Shown here: positions 61,201 to 63,479 of the stretch, piece by piece
Position numbering within the stretch: the first letter of the stretch is position 1
Layout of the letters: every line of letters starts with the position of its first letter
Origin: Rhina ancylostomus
Taxonomy: Eukaryota
Assembly: GCA_030265395.1 (NCBI GenBank)
Contig: JARFYF010000052.1
Span: forward strand, 120,421,817-120,485,295
DNA: 63,479 bases
Direction: 5' to 3'
Translations under genes and position numbers: made by a program
The notes under the pieces: model-generated
Told to the model about the DNA's origin: nothing
Seen by the model: only the letters and a program-made list of their open reading frames with translations
Databases searched by the model: none

Positions 61201-62649
61201 CGTGGCTTGACCTTTGCTGTACAGAATTATATTAATGTTGCTGCACTGAAACGGGCAATTCAAATAAAATCAAAATCGCAACCCTGCAAAAATCTCATGG
61301 ATTATCAGGCTGCGGTGATCCCTGCTCTCCTCTAAATTGCTGAGACATGAGTATCTACAAAAGAACACCCCTAAGCACAGGAGTATTACCATCAAAGCTG
61401 TTTTTACAAAACCTTCCAAGTCCACTGACAGGATAAGGGAGCCAGTGTCAGCACCCTCTTCCAGGTCATCCTAGCACTGGGGCCCAATACACTCGGTCAG
61501 CTTTGACAGCAGCTCATGTTCTTCACACTACCAAATTGTTAATTCCAAATCAGACACTTTCTTTGAAGCTGTGTCATGGCAAGGAAGCTCATCATCTCCC
61601 TTATTACATGTCTGTCTGTCTTACCAAGCAACTTCTGCCTCATGTGTGAAGTCCAACATTGGCTTCATCAGCCACCTCAGAACTGGAGTGAAACAAATCA
61701 ACTTCCACCCCAAGAAAGCCTAAGAAGAATAAGAATAGGAAGCAGTGCAAATGTGGGAAGAAAAATAATCAACATGACATTTTGGGTGGATCATCTGTGC
61801 TGTAAGTTTAATGTAAACTTAGACACATAATAAAATTCAAGCCAGCTAGATTCCTTCAGTCACTTTAAAAGCCTAGCCTAAAGAACATTTTCATTATTAC
61901 TTTCTGAAAATCCACATAAATTATATCTGGCTGCTCGCCATTGTCCACTAGAATTTAGAAGCATGATTCATTACTTTTCTAAGTCCAAGCTATCTGTTGC
62001 ATATGGCCAATGAATTCTTTAAATAAATATTGATAGCAGTCCATAAGATCATCAATCTAAACTGGAAACTGGCCATGATTCCTGAACTAAAAAGACAGCT
62101 AAGTGTGCTAGCATACTACAGCACCTGGGTCCCTCTCTGTTTGACAAAATGCCTGGAATAGTTCTGGTTTGGAACATTCCCAGTGTCTATGGCAGGAAGG
62201 CAGGTTGAAAGATGAGGTATGCTCTTGGGCTTCAGAATTGGTAGAAATTAGTCCAGTGTTTTTCTTCAGGTTTGTGTGTGAAACTTTAAAATGAAGTCGA
62301 TATACCTTTTTTTGAAAATTGGGAAAGCTTGTAAATAGCAGAACCAGTTAACTATTGGGCCAAGCACAGGACTATGCTGAAGGAAATTTAAAATTAGTAA
62401 GCTTAGCAAGAAGTAAAAAGGAGCAGAGCAGAAAAAGTCAAACGCTCTTCTGATATAATAACAGGAGGACAAAGAGAAAGGCAGAAAGTAAGCTCAAGGC
62501 TAAAGTCACAGATAATAAAAATAAATAAGATATAATAAGCATAATAAATGACATTTCTGGGGTGCTTGAACTTATTTATCAGAGCGTATAGGTAAAGTGA
62601 CAAAATATTTTAATAAAGACTTAAGTGCTATACAGCAGCTCTTTTACAT

Positions 62650-62960
62650 TTTCTCACAGCTCCAGCGACACAATACAATCCTGACTTTGAATGTTGTCCA
62701 TATGGAGTTTGCGCATTGTCCCCATGAATATGTGGGTTTCCCTTGGTTGCTCTGGTTTCCCCCCACATCCCAAAGGGGTGCTGATTGGTTGGTTTAATTG
62801 GCCACTTAGAATTACCCCTAGTGTAAGCGGATGGCAGGAGAAATGGGGAAGTTGATGAGCTTGTGGGAGAGAATGGGTCACCGGGAAATAAAGGGAGAAT
62901 GGGATTGATGGGAACATTCTGAGAGCTGGCATTTAGAGATAGCTGAGTGGCCTCATATAT
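62650..62960 (+). mobile_element. V-SINE (HE1-like), decayed
   Basis: The V domain tggagtttgcgcattgtccccatg...gtgggtttcccttggttgctctggtttccccccacatcccaaa is present. Confidence 0.75.
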
Positions 62961-63427
62961 CACAAGGAAATATAAAAGAAATGATGGAGTTCTGTTTAAA
63001 AGGAATGACAATAATAATATCATAGCTCGCATTAAACACGTTATATCCCACATGGGCTTCAGGGCTTGGATGGTCCTGAAGTAGAGTTTCCAGATAGATT
63101 CAAAGGGGATTATATTTGTTTAGGCAATGAGGATTAAAAAAAATGGAAGGGTGTTTTAAAAATCCCTGAGCAAATTGTTACACATGTTATATTATCAATA
63201 AAAGTTAATCTCCAAAGTGTTCAGATACCTATGGTTCAGTGGAGTAGACAACACATTTCTCAGTGAAACCCTTGAGAGGACCTATGATTTACCACGTGTG
63301 ATAATTGGCACGTGGAATGCTGGGGAACATTTAACACACTGGGAGAAGATCTGTAGTTCCCATATTTCTGAAGAAGGGAAATTCATGCCAGGTCAAGTGC
63401 ACATCCTCTACCCCGGGGCTCTATAAT

Positions 63428-63464
63428 TAAATAAATAAATAGATAGATAGATAGATAGATAGAT
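63428..63464. repeat. (TAAA)3 plus (AGAT)6 microsatellite
   Basis: Directly visible. Confidence 0.9.
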
Positions 63465-63479
63465 ATCTATATCTATATA

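Overview
Vertebrate genomic DNA, most likely an elasmobranch (shark or ray), judged from the repeat families (inference). It is AT-rich, has about 12 N-gaps, and carries one protein-coding gene: the delta-2 protocadherin PCDH10 on the + strand. Four coding exons join in frame with canonical GT-AG sites: 20678-23158, 23942-24000, 24115-24221 and 41609-41908. Together they give 2947 nt (982 codons + 1 nt) encoding a signal peptide, 6 cadherin repeats, a TM helix, CM1, CM2 and a WIRS motif. I did not find the short terminal exon, which probably lies beyond the window or in a gap. A CpG island covers the promoter and exon 1 and extends into intron 3. The rest is decayed retroelements: CR1, L2, Rex1/Babar, a possible RTE, Penelope-like elements, V-SINEs, Deu-SINEs and two LTR-like ends. 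I cannot support a wholly new biological system. The best leads are: (i) fold-back, non-coding Penelope-end elements with decayed minimal hammerhead-ribozyme cores; (ii) an internal CR1 fragment between perfect 38-bp direct repeats; (iii) a well-formed candidate poison/alternative exon in intron 4; (iv) a MEF2/AP-1/E-box cluster and a CTCF-like site in CpG-rich intron 3. Repeat boundaries are approximate, and family names come from recognition, not from a database search.
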